Positions 37,160 through 46,792 of a stretch of DNA of 64,000 nt are shown here, piece by piece. Both the position numbers and the translations under genes were made by a program. The stretch is from Nitrososphaerota archaeon (GTDB lineage Archaea; Thermoproteota; Nitrososphaeria; Nitrososphaerales; Nitrosopumilaceae), in contig JAGWFT010000001.1 in NCBI GenBank assembly GCA_028867755.1, positions 1,124,727 to 1,188,726 of the forward strand, given 5' to 3'. Within the stretch, counting starts at the first letter, position 1. Each line of letters opens with the position of its first letter. The notes beneath the pieces are model-generated. The model was not told where the DNA came from. It saw only the letters and a list, made by a program, of their open reading frames with translations, and ran no database searches.

Positions 37160-37759
37160 ATGTTTTCTATATCAACCCTTACTGATGTAGTTAGAATTCC
37201 TCCGAAATTATTTGGCGAGTCACTGAAAAAGGCAGCCATTACAATTTTGAGAGAAAAATATGAGAGCATGATAAATCCTGAATTAGGTTATGTCATAATG
37301 ATCATGGATACCAAAGTCGAAAAAATGGGAAAAATTATTGCAGGAGATGGCGGTACTTATCACAGAGTAGAATTCACTGCACTCACATTCCATCCAAAAC
37401 TTCAAGAGATTGTAAGAGGTGAGATTGTTGAGATTACAGACTTTGGAGCATTTGTAAGAATTGGTGCAACAGATGCATTACTACACTTGTCACAAATAAT
37501 GGATGATTATCTAAAAAGCGATGTAAAATCAGGTATGATTTTGGCTAACCAGAGTGGAAGAACGATGAAGATAGGTACAACTCTTCGAGCAAGAATCACT
37601 GCAGTGTCATTAGGCAAGACTGCTGCAATGAAAGTAGGTATAACTTGCAGACAACCATTCCTTGGCGCAGACGAATGGATTGAAGAAGAGATAAAGAAAG
37701 CAAAAGCCCCTCCAGCACCACAAGCTGAGAAAGTTAAGAAGACCGTAGAAGCCAAGTGA
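37160..37759 (+). CDS. rpo7: RNA polymerase subunit Rpo7 (RpoE1)
   Basis: DVVRIPP, FGAFVRIGATDALLHLSQIMDD S1 domain, TCRQPFLG. Confidence 0.95.
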   Translation: MFSISTLTDVVRIPPKLFGESLKKAAITILREKYESMINPELGYVIMIMDTKVEKMGKIIAGDGGTYHRVEFTALTFHPKLQEIVRGEIVEITDFGAFVRIGATDALLHLSQIMDDYLKSDVKSGMILANQSGRTMKIGTTLRARITAVSLGKTAAMKVGITCRQPFLGADEWIEEEIKKAKAPPAPQAEKVKKTVEAK

Positions 37760-37765
37760 TAAAAA

Positions 37766-37954
37766 ATGGTCAGAGAGATGGCATGCCGCAAGTGCAAATG
37801 TGTAACCATTGGAAAAGTATGTGCAGTTTGTAAATCAACAGACTTGACACCAGACTGGAGTGGAGCTGTTCTCATAGTAGATCCGATAAATTCGGTCATT
37901 GCAAAATCTTTAGGAATAACTGAAAAAGGAAAATACGCTCTCAAGGTAACTTAG
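37766..37954 (+). CDS. spt4: transcription elongation factor Spt4 (RpoE2)
   Basis: ACRKC...CAVC...DWSG..LIVDP..S.IAK.LGI...GKYALKV. Confidence 0.95.
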   Translation: MVREMACRKCKCVTIGKVCAVCKSTDLTPDWSGAVLIVDPINSVIAKSLGITEKGKYALKVT

Positions 37955-37955
37955 A

Positions 37956-38783
37956 TTGCACAGTCGTGCAAAAAAGGCACTAGAAACATTTCTCAAAGAA
38001 GACATTGGCAAAGGCGACATTACAAGTAAGCTTCTTCCTCGAAAAGAAATTTCTGCAACCATAATTTCTCGCCAAAAAGGCATAGTTGCAGGGACAAAGC
38101 ATGCCAAAGAAATCTTTACTTTGAGAAATTGTAAGGTCAGAATTTTGAAAAATGATGGCGCAAAGATAGGACCTAACGATAAAATAATGACAATCTCTGG
38201 CTCGGCATATTCAGTCTTGTCATGTGAAAGGACTGCACTTAACTTGCTATCAAGGATGAGCGGAATAGCAACCCAGACAAACATGTTGGTAAGGATCATC
38301 AAAAGTGTAAATCCAAAAGTAGAACTCTACTCCACAAGAAAGACTGCACCCGGTTTGCGCATTTTTGACAAAGAAGCTGTTGAGATAGGAGGCGGTAAAA
38401 AACATCGTGTCTCACTTGATCAGATGGTCATGATAAAAGATAATCACCTAATGGTTGCAAAATCATTACAAGACTTGGTTCGTGCTGCAAAAAAACGATA
38501 TAATAGATTTGAGGTGGAAGTTGAAAACCTTGATGATGCAGTAATGGCTGCAAGAGAAGGAGCAACAATCATAATGCTTGACAATATGCCACCCAAAAAA
38601 ATCTCACATATTATTCAAGTCTTAAAATATCTTAGTCTTAGAAAGGGGATAAGAATTGAAGCATCTGGAGGAATAGATACATCAAATGTAAAGTCATACG
38701 CTAGAACTGGAGTAGACATGATCTCTATTGGGAGGTTAACTAGTTCTGCACCTGGATTAGACTTGAGTCTAGAAGTTAACTAA
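37956..38783 (+). CDS. nadC: nicotinate-nucleotide pyrophosphorylase (quinolinate phosphoribosyltransferase)
   Basis: EDIGKGDIT, ERTALNLL, STRKTAPG, MIKDNH, EVEV, IMLDN, EASGGI. Confidence 0.95.
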   Translation: MHSRAKKALETFLKEDIGKGDITSKLLPRKEISATIISRQKGIVAGTKHAKEIFTLRNCKVRILKNDGAKIGPNDKIMTISGSAYSVLSCERTALNLLSRMSGIATQTNMLVRIIKSVNPKVELYSTRKTAPGLRIFDKEAVEIGGGKKHRVSLDQMVMIKDNHLMVAKSLQDLVRAAKKRYNRFEVEVENLDDAVMAAREGATIIMLDNMPPKKISHIIQVLKYLSLRKGIRIEASGGIDTSNVKSYARTGVDMISIGRLTSSAPGLDLSLEVN

Positions 38784-39714
38784 TTGCTAACATACGCTCA
38801 ATAGCCAGCTGTGCTCTTTGCGCAATGTTTTTTGGAACCTTGACTTCGTATTTTTCTTCCTTTAGTGACGAATGGACCTTGTCAAGTGTTATCATCTTCA
38901 TGTATTTGCAAACAGCAGAGTCGGACATTGGTATGAATTCTTTTTCTGGGTTTTGTTTTCTCATTCTGTATAGTATTCCTGTTTCTGTAGCTACAACGAA
39001 TGTCTTTCCGCTAGAATTCTTTGCATGATTCATCATTCCTTCTGTTGACAAGATCTGGACTTGTCTATTTCCATAGTCTCCACATGCAACATCATACATG
39101 ATAGATGATGTGCAGCTACATTCTGGATGAACCAAAAACTCAGCATTGGCATACTGGGCTAGTTTTTCTTGCACTTCTTGTGGTCGTATGCCTGCATGGA
39201 CATGACATTCCCCTGCCCAGATGTACATATTTTTCCTATCTGTCATTTTAGCAACATATGATCCAAGGAACATATCAGGTAAGAAGAGAATCTCTTTATT
39301 GGTTGGGATTGATTTCACTACGTTAACGGCATTTGACGAAGTGCAGCAATAATCAAGCTCAGCTTTTACCTCAGCAGATGTATTCACATATCCCACCGTT
39401 ACTGCTCCTGGATGTTCACTTTTCCACTTGCGTACCTGATCAGCATTGATAGTATCTGCAAGAGAACATCCCGCAGATAGGTCTGGAATAAGCACTTTCT
39501 TGTCAGGACACGTTATTGCTGCAGTTTCTGCCATGAAATGCACCCCGCAAAATAGAATTGTCTTATGATCAGTTTTTGCAGCTTGACGAGAAAGACCTAA
39601 CGAGTCACCTACATAATCTGCAATATCTTGCACTTCTGGCAGTTGATAATTATGAGCCAGAATTAGTACGTCCTTTTGTTCCTTTAGTTTAAGAATTTCT
39701 GATTTTAAGTCCAT
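38776..39714 (-). CDS. nadA: quinolinate synthase
   Basis: LAHNYQ, FCGVHFMAE, AGCSLAD, ECHVH, HPEC, CKYMK. Confidence 0.96.
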   Translation of the reverse strand: MDLKSEILKLKEQKDVLILAHNYQLPEVQDIADYVGDSLGLSRQAAKTDHKTILFCGVHFMAETAAITCPDKKVLIPDLSAGCSLADTINADQVRKWKSEHPGAVTVGYVNTSAEVKAELDYCCTSSNAVNVVKSIPTNKEILFLPDMFLGSYVAKMTDRKNMYIWAGECHVHAGIRPQEVQEKLAQYANAEFLVHPECSCTSSIMYDVACGDYGNRQVQILSTEGMMNHAKNSSGKTFVVATETGILYRMRKQNPEKEFIPMSDSAVCKYMKMITLDKVHSSLKEEKYEVKVPKNIAQRAQLAIERMLAIS

Positions 39715-39808
39715 TGTCCAGAATAGAGCTGGCTGTTCTTTCCATTTAAAGGGTCATGATGTTGACAAATTTTTGGTCGATAGAATACATTGTGGCAATA
39801 TTTGCCAT

Positions 39809-40627
39809 TCACGTACCTATGTGAATCTCTCCACCGCATATCTTCTTCAAACACTCTATTGCAGAAAGAATTGCAAGTCTGCTTGTTTTTGGGTTGCTCT
39901 CACTTGGGACATTTTCAATTTTTATGGAAAATTTTCCAAACTTTCCACTTGCTTGTATCTCATGAGTATTTTTATCAGTTTTAGGATCTGCAATTATTCG
40001 TACCATGGTTTTTGTACTTCCAATTCCAGCCAAACTGATAAGTGCTGCAACATTGATGTTTGCTGGAAATAATCTTACTGCATCTTGTGCAGTTCCTTCA
40101 TATATTACAGTAGATTTTTTTATTTCGTCTGGATTTATTTTTGAGGTCTCGAAAAATTTTGCACCTTTTAGTGCTTTTGGATTCTTGGTTGTAACTAAAA
40201 CTATAGAATCCAACTCATCTTTTACCGCCCTAATGCTATCAAGCCCAGCAATAGCTCCAGATGGAAGAAATATGCGTTTGTTAAAATCCTTGCAGCCTTC
40301 TAGAACTATCTCAAATATGGATTCATCTAACAGCGCACCAACACTCATTATCATTAGATCTTTTCTGTTTTGGAGAATAGATAGCGCATTGTCTCGTACT
40401 GCATCCTGAGAAGCAGCCTCTACTATCAGATCTACTGGAGACGCTGCTAATAGGCCAGCATTATCTGTTATTACAGGTTTATTTTTTAGTTTTGAAACTA
40501 ACTTTTGTGATGAATCTTTTGAAAAATCAAACACATGTGTAAGTTTAGCAGGAATTTTACCAGAATCTATAGCAATAGCTATTTCTGTCCCTATGGCACC
40601 ACAACCCAAAAGTCCTATCCTTTTCAA
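39809..40627 (-). CDS. nadX: L-aspartate dehydrogenase
   Basis: (M)KRIGLLGCGAIG, VEAAS, SVGAL, PSGAIAGLD, FPANINVAA, NPKTS; TTG start 40627. Confidence 0.93.
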   Translation of the reverse strand: MKRIGLLGCGAIGTEIAIAIDSGKIPAKLTHVFDFSKDSSQKLVSKLKNKPVITDNAGLLAASPVDLIVEAASQDAVRDNALSILQNRKDLMIMSVGALLDESIFEIVLEGCKDFNKRIFLPSGAIAGLDSIRAVKDELDSIVLVTTKNPKALKGAKFFETSKINPDEIKKSTVIYEGTAQDAVRLFPANINVAALISLAGIGSTKTMVRIIADPKTDKNTHEIQASGKFGKFSIKIENVPSESNPKTSRLAILSAIECLKKICGGEIHIGT

Positions 40628-40740
40628 ACCAATACTTTTGGTAAACCACCTTGTTAAATCTGTTATCGGTTTTTCGTACACATAACACAAAATTGAATTA
40701 TACAATTTGCCAAGTTAATGGTGGAGTTTAAATCAAAGAA

Positions 40741-41616
40741 TTGGAGACACATGAATCTACACTTATAGAAAAATTTCTTTTCAGAATAGCAAAGCAATGG
40801 ATTGCTGGAGATACCATGAATGAAGCACTCCAGTCTGCAAAGACTGCAAACAAGAATGGGATGAGTGCCATAATCAATAGGCTTGGGGAACACATGGTGT
40901 CAAAAGAGCAGATCTGCAATGTTGTGTCAGAATATCTCACACTAGTCTCAAACTTGCGTAAATTCAAGGTAGATGGAGGCATATCAGTCAAGCCAACCCA
41001 AGTTGGAATGACTAGAAATGTTGAAGAGTGTACAGCCAATCTTGAAAAAATAATAGAAAAGGCCTCAATCTCGCAATCCTTTGTTTGGATAGATATGGAG
41101 TCTTCAGAGTATACTGATGATACCCTGAGGATCTACTTGAAACTATTTGAGAAATACGAGAGGTTTGGAATTGCAATACAGGCAAACCTCAAGCGAACTG
41201 AACAAGACTTGAAAAGGTTATTGGAACATGGTGCAAAAATTCGACTGGTAAAAGGCGCATATAGAGAAAATGGCAGAGTGGCGTACAAAACAAGACATGA
41301 AGTGGATGAGAACTACAAGAGGCTTACAAGAATGCTTTTTTTAGATGGTAACGAGTTTGCAATAGCAACTCATGATTCAAAGATGATCGAGATTGCCATA
41401 GATCTATCAAAGAAACATGAGAGAAAATTTGAGTTTCAGATGCTAAAGGGAATACGAGATGAGTTAAAGCCAATCTTGATCAAAAATGGCTTTTCCATAT
41501 CTGAATACATTCCATATGGAACCAACTGGCTACCCTATTCAATAAGACGACTAAAGGAAAGAAAATGTAACATACTGCTTCTTGGTAGTTCTTTTCTTCA
41601 CTCGCATCGTGTTTGA
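40741..41616 (+). CDS. proline dehydrogenase
   Basis: SVKPTQVG, WIDMES, IQANLKR, RLVKGAY, IATHD, FQMLKGI, YIPYG...YSIRRL. Confidence 0.92.
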   Translation: METHESTLIEKFLFRIAKQWIAGDTMNEALQSAKTANKNGMSAIINRLGEHMVSKEQICNVVSEYLTLVSNLRKFKVDGGISVKPTQVGMTRNVEECTANLEKIIEKASISQSFVWIDMESSEYTDDTLRIYLKLFEKYERFGIAIQANLKRTEQDLKRLLEHGAKIRLVKGAYRENGRVAYKTRHEVDENYKRLTRMLFLDGNEFAIATHDSKMIEIAIDLSKKHERKFEFQMLKGIRDELKPILIKNGFSISEYIPYGTNWLPYSIRRLKERKCNILLLGSSFLHSHRV

Positions 41617-43187
41617 GTTTGTTCGCGCATAAATTGGAGCAAATAGTAAGCACCACCTGCTCCCTTACCTGAGATTCCAGATTCTTTCCACCCTACAAAA
41701 GGCTGGGCTCCAACCATTGCTCCAGTAGTGGCACTAGCTGCTCTGTTTGCATATGTGACTCCCGCCTCAATTCTATTGAAGAACGATTCAATCTCATTTT
41801 TGTCTTGACTGAAAATTCCTGCAGTGAGTCCATAATTGCTTTTGTTGGCCTCAGATATTGCTTCATCAAAACTATCAAATTCTTCCACACAAAGAAATGG
41901 AACAAATAGTTCTTCTTTTACTAGCTCGTGGTCTTTTGGAAGACCTATAACAATTGTAGGCTCGACAAAATTTCCGTCCTTGAATTTAGAGTCAGACAAA
42001 ACTGAACCACCACAAACTATCTTGCCATCTTTTTTTGCAATTTCTGACGCTCTTTGGAATTTTTTCAAAGCTGTCTCATTTATTACAGGACTAACAAACA
42101 CATCTTTTTCCCATGGCTTTCCTATCTTCAGTGCCTTGGTCTTTGCGACCAACTTTTCTACAAATTGATTTGCAATATCTTTTTGAACATAGACTCTTGA
42201 ACATGCACTACACTTCTGACCGCTATAACCAAATGCTGCCCTTAAGACCCCATCTGTTGCCTTTTCCAAGTCTGCTGTTTTTGTAATTATTGCAGGGTTC
42301 TTCCCGCCCATCTCTGAGATGAATGGCCTGGGCTCAGCCTCGACAAATTTATCAAAACCTGATACTCCTACCTCTTTTGAGCCAGTAAATGCAATTCCAT
42401 CTACAAGACGACTTTCTAAGATAGTTCTTCCCACGATACTGCCAGAACCTGTCACAAAATTTACTACAGCTGGAGGGAGTTTGTGATGTATGGCTTCAAT
42501 GAATTTGTATGCAGATATCGGAGAATCGCTTGATGGTTTCAATACTGCAGTATTGCCAGTGATCAGTGCACCAGAAGTCATTCCTATCGATATGGCAGAT
42601 GGAAAATTAAATGGAGATATTATTCCCCAAACACCATACGGTTTTAGAGTGCTGTATGTTTTTTCATTTTGGTTTGCGCTTTGGGTCTCCTTTGAAAAGC
42701 CGTGGTTTATCTCAAGTTGTTCTGCATAAAACCGCATAAAGTCTATCGCTTCATCTAAATCACCCATGGATTCTAGTCGGTTTTTACCATTTTCAAAACT
42801 CAGTATTGCTGCAAGATGAAATTTGTTCTGTGCAAAGGCATCTGCAACACCTCGAAATATTTCGACTCTTTTTTGGTATGGCGTAATAGACCACTTTGAA
42901 AATGCTTCTTTGGCAGACTCGATTGCATGTAAAACATCTTCCTTTGATGCTAGTGGAAAGTTTGCCAACACGAGGTTCTTGTCAGCCGGAGAGCGTACTT
43001 GAAACTGATTACTAGAAAATATCTCTTTTCCACCTATTATCATTGGATAACTTTTGCCAAAATCCTTTTTCACTTCCTCTATTGCTTGATCAAATTTACG
43101 ATGAAATTCATCAGTGGAATGACTAGCCACGTACGTGGGCCAAGTGTTTTCATTTTGGAACATGCCAATATTAGAACTGACCACCAT
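41598..43187 (-). CDS. 1-pyrroline-5-carboxylate dehydrogenase (aldehyde dehydrogenase family)
   Basis: ISPFNFP, FTGSKEVG, EMGGKN, GYSGQKCSACSR, EELFVP; tail-to-tail with proline dehydrogenase. Confidence 0.88.
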   Translation of the reverse strand: MVVSSNIGMFQNENTWPTYVASHSTDEFHRKFDQAIEEVKKDFGKSYPMIIGGKEIFSSNQFQVRSPADKNLVLANFPLASKEDVLHAIESAKEAFSKWSITPYQKRVEIFRGVADAFAQNKFHLAAILSFENGKNRLESMGDLDEAIDFMRFYAEQLEINHGFSKETQSANQNEKTYSTLKPYGVWGIISPFNFPSAISIGMTSGALITGNTAVLKPSSDSPISAYKFIEAIHHKLPPAVVNFVTGSGSIVGRTILESRLVDGIAFTGSKEVGVSGFDKFVEAEPRPFISEMGGKNPAIITKTADLEKATDGVLRAAFGYSGQKCSACSRVYVQKDIANQFVEKLVAKTKALKIGKPWEKDVFVSPVINETALKKFQRASEIAKKDGKIVCGGSVLSDSKFKDGNFVEPTIVIGLPKDHELVKEELFVPFLCVEEFDSFDEAISEANKSNYGLTAGIFSQDKNEIESFFNRIEAGVTYANRAASATTGAMVGAQPFVGWKESGISGKGAGGAYYLLQFMREQTQTRCE

Positions 43188-43279
43188 AATTAGTTAGCTA
43201 GGGGATTGATTTTTCATTAACTTGTGGACAAAGATGTTTCAAACGAGAAACATTTTATCTCAGCAGATAAAGGTGTTTT

Positions 43280-44119
43280 ATGCTCAATACTGTTTATCGC
43301 GATGCCTTGAAGAAACGAGAGGAAGCAAAATCTATCTTCAAGGGAGAAACATTTGAACGCATAATCCAGGCGGCCAAAGAAAACTGGGTGGATTATTCTC
43401 CGCAGAAGAAGGATTCAGTTATTGCTGGTATAGATAGTAGTTATAACAGTACAAAGTTTCAAGGGCTTGAACTATGGGTGGTTACTGTGGTATCAATCAA
43501 ATCAGACGGTCAAATCATAACTGAGATGCACAACCAAGGGCTAGGTCAGCCTGCCCCAGAGCTTGAGACACAGGCAAGCAAGATGGAGGTAGATGCCTGC
43601 ATTGCTTCAATTGACAAGGCAGACTTGGTAACACTTGACGGTTCGCTTTATTCACAATTTCTCACAAGACAGTCTTCACTTGGTAGTTCTATCACTTTGG
43701 CAATCAAAAAGAGAGGAAACGTTGTTTTCATATCAAAGACATCATCAGCAAGAAAACAATTTGAAAAACTAGGCTCTGCAGCAGGAGATATCTTCTATTA
43801 CAATCATGCGGTAAAAAGACCTGGCTTTAGTAAGATATTTGTGGATAATTCTCTTGGACCAGGCAAAGTTGTGTCGTATGTCTATGCAAGACTTAGAGAT
43901 TCCACACCACTAATCAAGATCGAATTGCTTGGCTCCGGCACTAACGAGAATGACATCAAGTCTCTTTTGGACAGATTGACAAAAAATAGTGTTGGAGGAT
44001 ATCCGTATGCATTAAAGTTAGCACATGAGAATTGTAAGATAACCAATTCAGATTTATCCAGACTTGTTAGTCTATACGGACTGACAAATGAGATTGGTTC
44101 TAGGGAGGTATTGAATTGA
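43280..44119 (+). CDS. nurA: DNA double-strand break repair nuclease NurA
   Basis: AGIDSS, TLDGSL, ISKTS, GYPYALKLAHENC. Confidence 0.9.
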   Translation: MLNTVYRDALKKREEAKSIFKGETFERIIQAAKENWVDYSPQKKDSVIAGIDSSYNSTKFQGLELWVVTVVSIKSDGQIITEMHNQGLGQPAPELETQASKMEVDACIASIDKADLVTLDGSLYSQFLTRQSSLGSSITLAIKKRGNVVFISKTSSARKQFEKLGSAAGDIFYYNHAVKRPGFSKIFVDNSLGPGKVVSYVYARLRDSTPLIKIELLGSGTNENDIKSLLDRLTKNSVGGYPYALKLAHENCKITNSDLSRLVSLYGLTNEIGSREVLN

Positions 44120-45636
44120 TAATAGGTGTGGTAATTGGCGAATCAAAGCCAACCGAAGTAACAGCACAATCGTCAAAACCTCTTTCTGTTGGAGAATACG
44201 TCATAATTGATTCTCACGATGGCAAAATTCTTGGCCTAGTTGAAAAGTCTGCAATATCAAGCGAAGCACTTACAGATATTAGAAATTTTGATGAAGCAAT
44301 AGAAAGCAAAGAAGTTGCCGAGATTAATTCTAGAGATAAGAATTACAAAGTAAAAATAGGAATACTTGGACTTTTGGACAAGTTGCAAAAAGGACACATG
44401 ATGATTCCTGCAATTCCACCGCTTCCCGGAACTTCAATTCTCGAAACAACACAGCAAGACTTGGGAATGATATTTGGACCATCTAGAAACGATTGGATCA
44501 GAATAGGCTCACTCTTAAGAAATTCAGACATTGAGGCAAAAATAAACATTAACAAAATTGTATCACGACACTTGGCTATTCTTGCAATGACAGGAATGGG
44601 AAAGAGCAATCTTGTCTCACTCATAGCAAAACATGTTGCAACACTAAATGGTACACTCATCATATTTGACTATCACAATGACTATGAAAATCTAGATGTT
44701 TCCAAGATGAACTATATGATGGCAAAGATAAATCCTCGACTTTTGCCTGCAGACAAACTAGCCGAAGTCATAGAGATTCGTGAAAATGCAGACAAACAGC
44801 AAAGAGTCTTGCGAGAATCACTTACAGATTCAGTCAAACAGGCAAAAGAATTTTGGTCGTCTTTAGAAGAAAATGTTACTGCATTTGGTCATACTACAAA
44901 GGGTTATGCAGATAGTGCAAGCAGAGTTTTAGACAAGATAGATGATGCCAAGCATAGGTTTTCAGATATTCTAGATCCTGACTGCGGAGACCCTGTAGAT
45001 CTGATAAAGGAAGGCAGAGTAAACGTATTGAACATAGCAGAACTAAGCGAGCGACAAGCAAATGCTGGATTATCATACTATTTACAAGAACTATTACAGC
45101 AGAGAAAAGAATCAGTCTGGGAAAGAAAGGGCAAGTCTACACATAAAAGAAATTACAAGTTTCTTGCGCCAATATTTGTCATAATAGAAGAGGCTCATGT
45201 GTTCATACCAAAAGGAGAACACACAGATACCAAATATTGGGCCTCAAAGGTAGCAAGAGAAGGTCGTAAATTTGGAATTGGCCTTGGAGTAGTATCACAA
45301 AGACCAAGAAACATAGATCCCAATGTGCTCAGCCAGATGGGGTCTCTTGCAATAATGAAGATTGTACAAGACGATGATCAGCAACAGATAGCATCTGCTG
45401 CAGAGTCATTAAGTAAAGACCTCCTCTCTCAGCTCTCGTCTTTGAATATTGGCGATGCAGTGCTAATTGGACAGTGGGTAAACTTGCCTTCCATAGTTCA
45501 CATAGACGAAATAAAGAGTAAAAAATCTGGCTCTGATCTTGATGCAGTTTCAGAATGGAACCAGACAGACAAATTCAAAGACATTGGAAAGGAAACAACA
45601 CAAGGGCTAATCCAAAAAGACTTGCTGCTTGATTGA
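44116..45636 (+). CDS. herA: DNA double-strand break repair helicase HerA
   Basis: HAS barrel N-terminus, RHLAILAMTGMGKS, IEEAH, REGRKFG, SQRP. Confidence 0.93.
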   Translation: MIIGVVIGESKPTEVTAQSSKPLSVGEYVIIDSHDGKILGLVEKSAISSEALTDIRNFDEAIESKEVAEINSRDKNYKVKIGILGLLDKLQKGHMMIPAIPPLPGTSILETTQQDLGMIFGPSRNDWIRIGSLLRNSDIEAKININKIVSRHLAILAMTGMGKSNLVSLIAKHVATLNGTLIIFDYHNDYENLDVSKMNYMMAKINPRLLPADKLAEVIEIRENADKQQRVLRESLTDSVKQAKEFWSSLEENVTAFGHTTKGYADSASRVLDKIDDAKHRFSDILDPDCGDPVDLIKEGRVNVLNIAELSERQANAGLSYYLQELLQQRKESVWERKGKSTHKRNYKFLAPIFVIIEEAHVFIPKGEHTDTKYWASKVAREGRKFGIGLGVVSQRPRNIDPNVLSQMGSLAIMKIVQDDDQQQIASAAESLSKDLLSQLSSLNIGDAVLIGQWVNLPSIVHIDEIKSKKSGSDLDAVSEWNQTDKFKDIGKETTQGLIQKDLLLD

Positions 45637-45637
45637 G

Positions 45638-46792
45638 ATGATTTTTTCACACATTTCTGATACACATCTTGGTTTTGTACAATATCACTCAGAAGAACGT
45701 GAAGAAGACATCTACCGTGCATTTAAACAAGCCATAGACATTTCAATAAAAGACCATGTGGATTTTGTAATTTTCGCAGGAGATATTTTTCATGTGCCAA
45801 ATCCAAGTGGAAAGGCAATAGTAGTGCTAGCAAATGCCCTAAAGAGGCTAAAACAAAACAACATAGATTCATTTTTCATCTTGGGGGAGCATGACATTAG
45901 TAGAATAAGAGGCGTTCCTGTTCCATGGGTCTACCACAATCTAGAATTTTCCAAATACATCGGAAACGGCAAATCAGTTCTATACAAAGATGTCCTGATC
46001 CACGGATTTGACAAGAAAAGAAAAAGCGAGATCCACATATTTGAAGAAGAGTTTTCAAAAGCAGATGCAGAGGCGAAAAATCACAGAGGACACAAGATAC
46101 TGGTGCTACATCAAGGAATTTCAGAAATAAACAAATTTGCAGGAGAGATAAATTCAACAGATCTCCCAAAAAATTTTACATATTATGCGATGGGGCATCT
46201 TCATGACAAAAACCTAAAAAAGTTTGCACATCTTGGAGGTCCCTTGGCATACCCAGGCTCTATTGAGATTACATCAAGTGAGACAATAAAAGAAACAGAA
46301 AAAGGGTTTTTTGAAGTGGATATATCAAAGGCTGAAGCATCGCCAAACTGGATTAAACTAGATACAAGGCCACAGGTCTCTTCGAGGATCTCAGTTGACA
46401 AGCTTTCTGATGAGATCAGCACACTTTCTGAGAAGATTAAATCATATAACAGAAAACCAATAGTTGAGATAAGAATAACTGGAGATGTTTTAGAGCCAGG
46501 ATTTATCCAAACACAGATCTCACGACTATCTGAACTAACCCTGCGGTGTTTTTGGAAGCATGTTTCGCCTGATCAAAACAATGGTTCAGTATTCATTGAA
46601 AGACCAATAAAGATAGAAGACGAGATATACAAAATAGCAAAAGATATTCTTGGTTCAACTGAGCTTGCAAATTTTGCCATAAATGAGTTACTGCCGCTTC
46701 TCTCAAAAGGAAACATCGAAGAGGCAAATGTTGCAATCAATGAAAACTTTGTACAATTCAAAAAGGGAATGAGGAATGCTACGATCAGTTGA
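45638..46792 (+). CDS. mre11: DNA double-strand break repair nuclease Mre11
   Basis: SDTHLG, AGDIFH, GEHD, HQG, AMGHLH, YPGS. Confidence 0.93.
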   Translation: MIFSHISDTHLGFVQYHSEEREEDIYRAFKQAIDISIKDHVDFVIFAGDIFHVPNPSGKAIVVLANALKRLKQNNIDSFFILGEHDISRIRGVPVPWVYHNLEFSKYIGNGKSVLYKDVLIHGFDKKRKSEIHIFEEEFSKADAEAKNHRGHKILVLHQGISEINKFAGEINSTDLPKNFTYYAMGHLHDKNLKKFAHLGGPLAYPGSIEITSSETIKETEKGFFEVDISKAEASPNWIKLDTRPQVSSRISVDKLSDEISTLSEKIKSYNRKPIVEIRITGDVLEPGFIQTQISRLSELTLRCFWKHVSPDQNNGSVFIERPIKIEDEIYKIAKDILGSTELANFAINELLPLLSKGNIEEANVAINENFVQFKKGMRNATIS

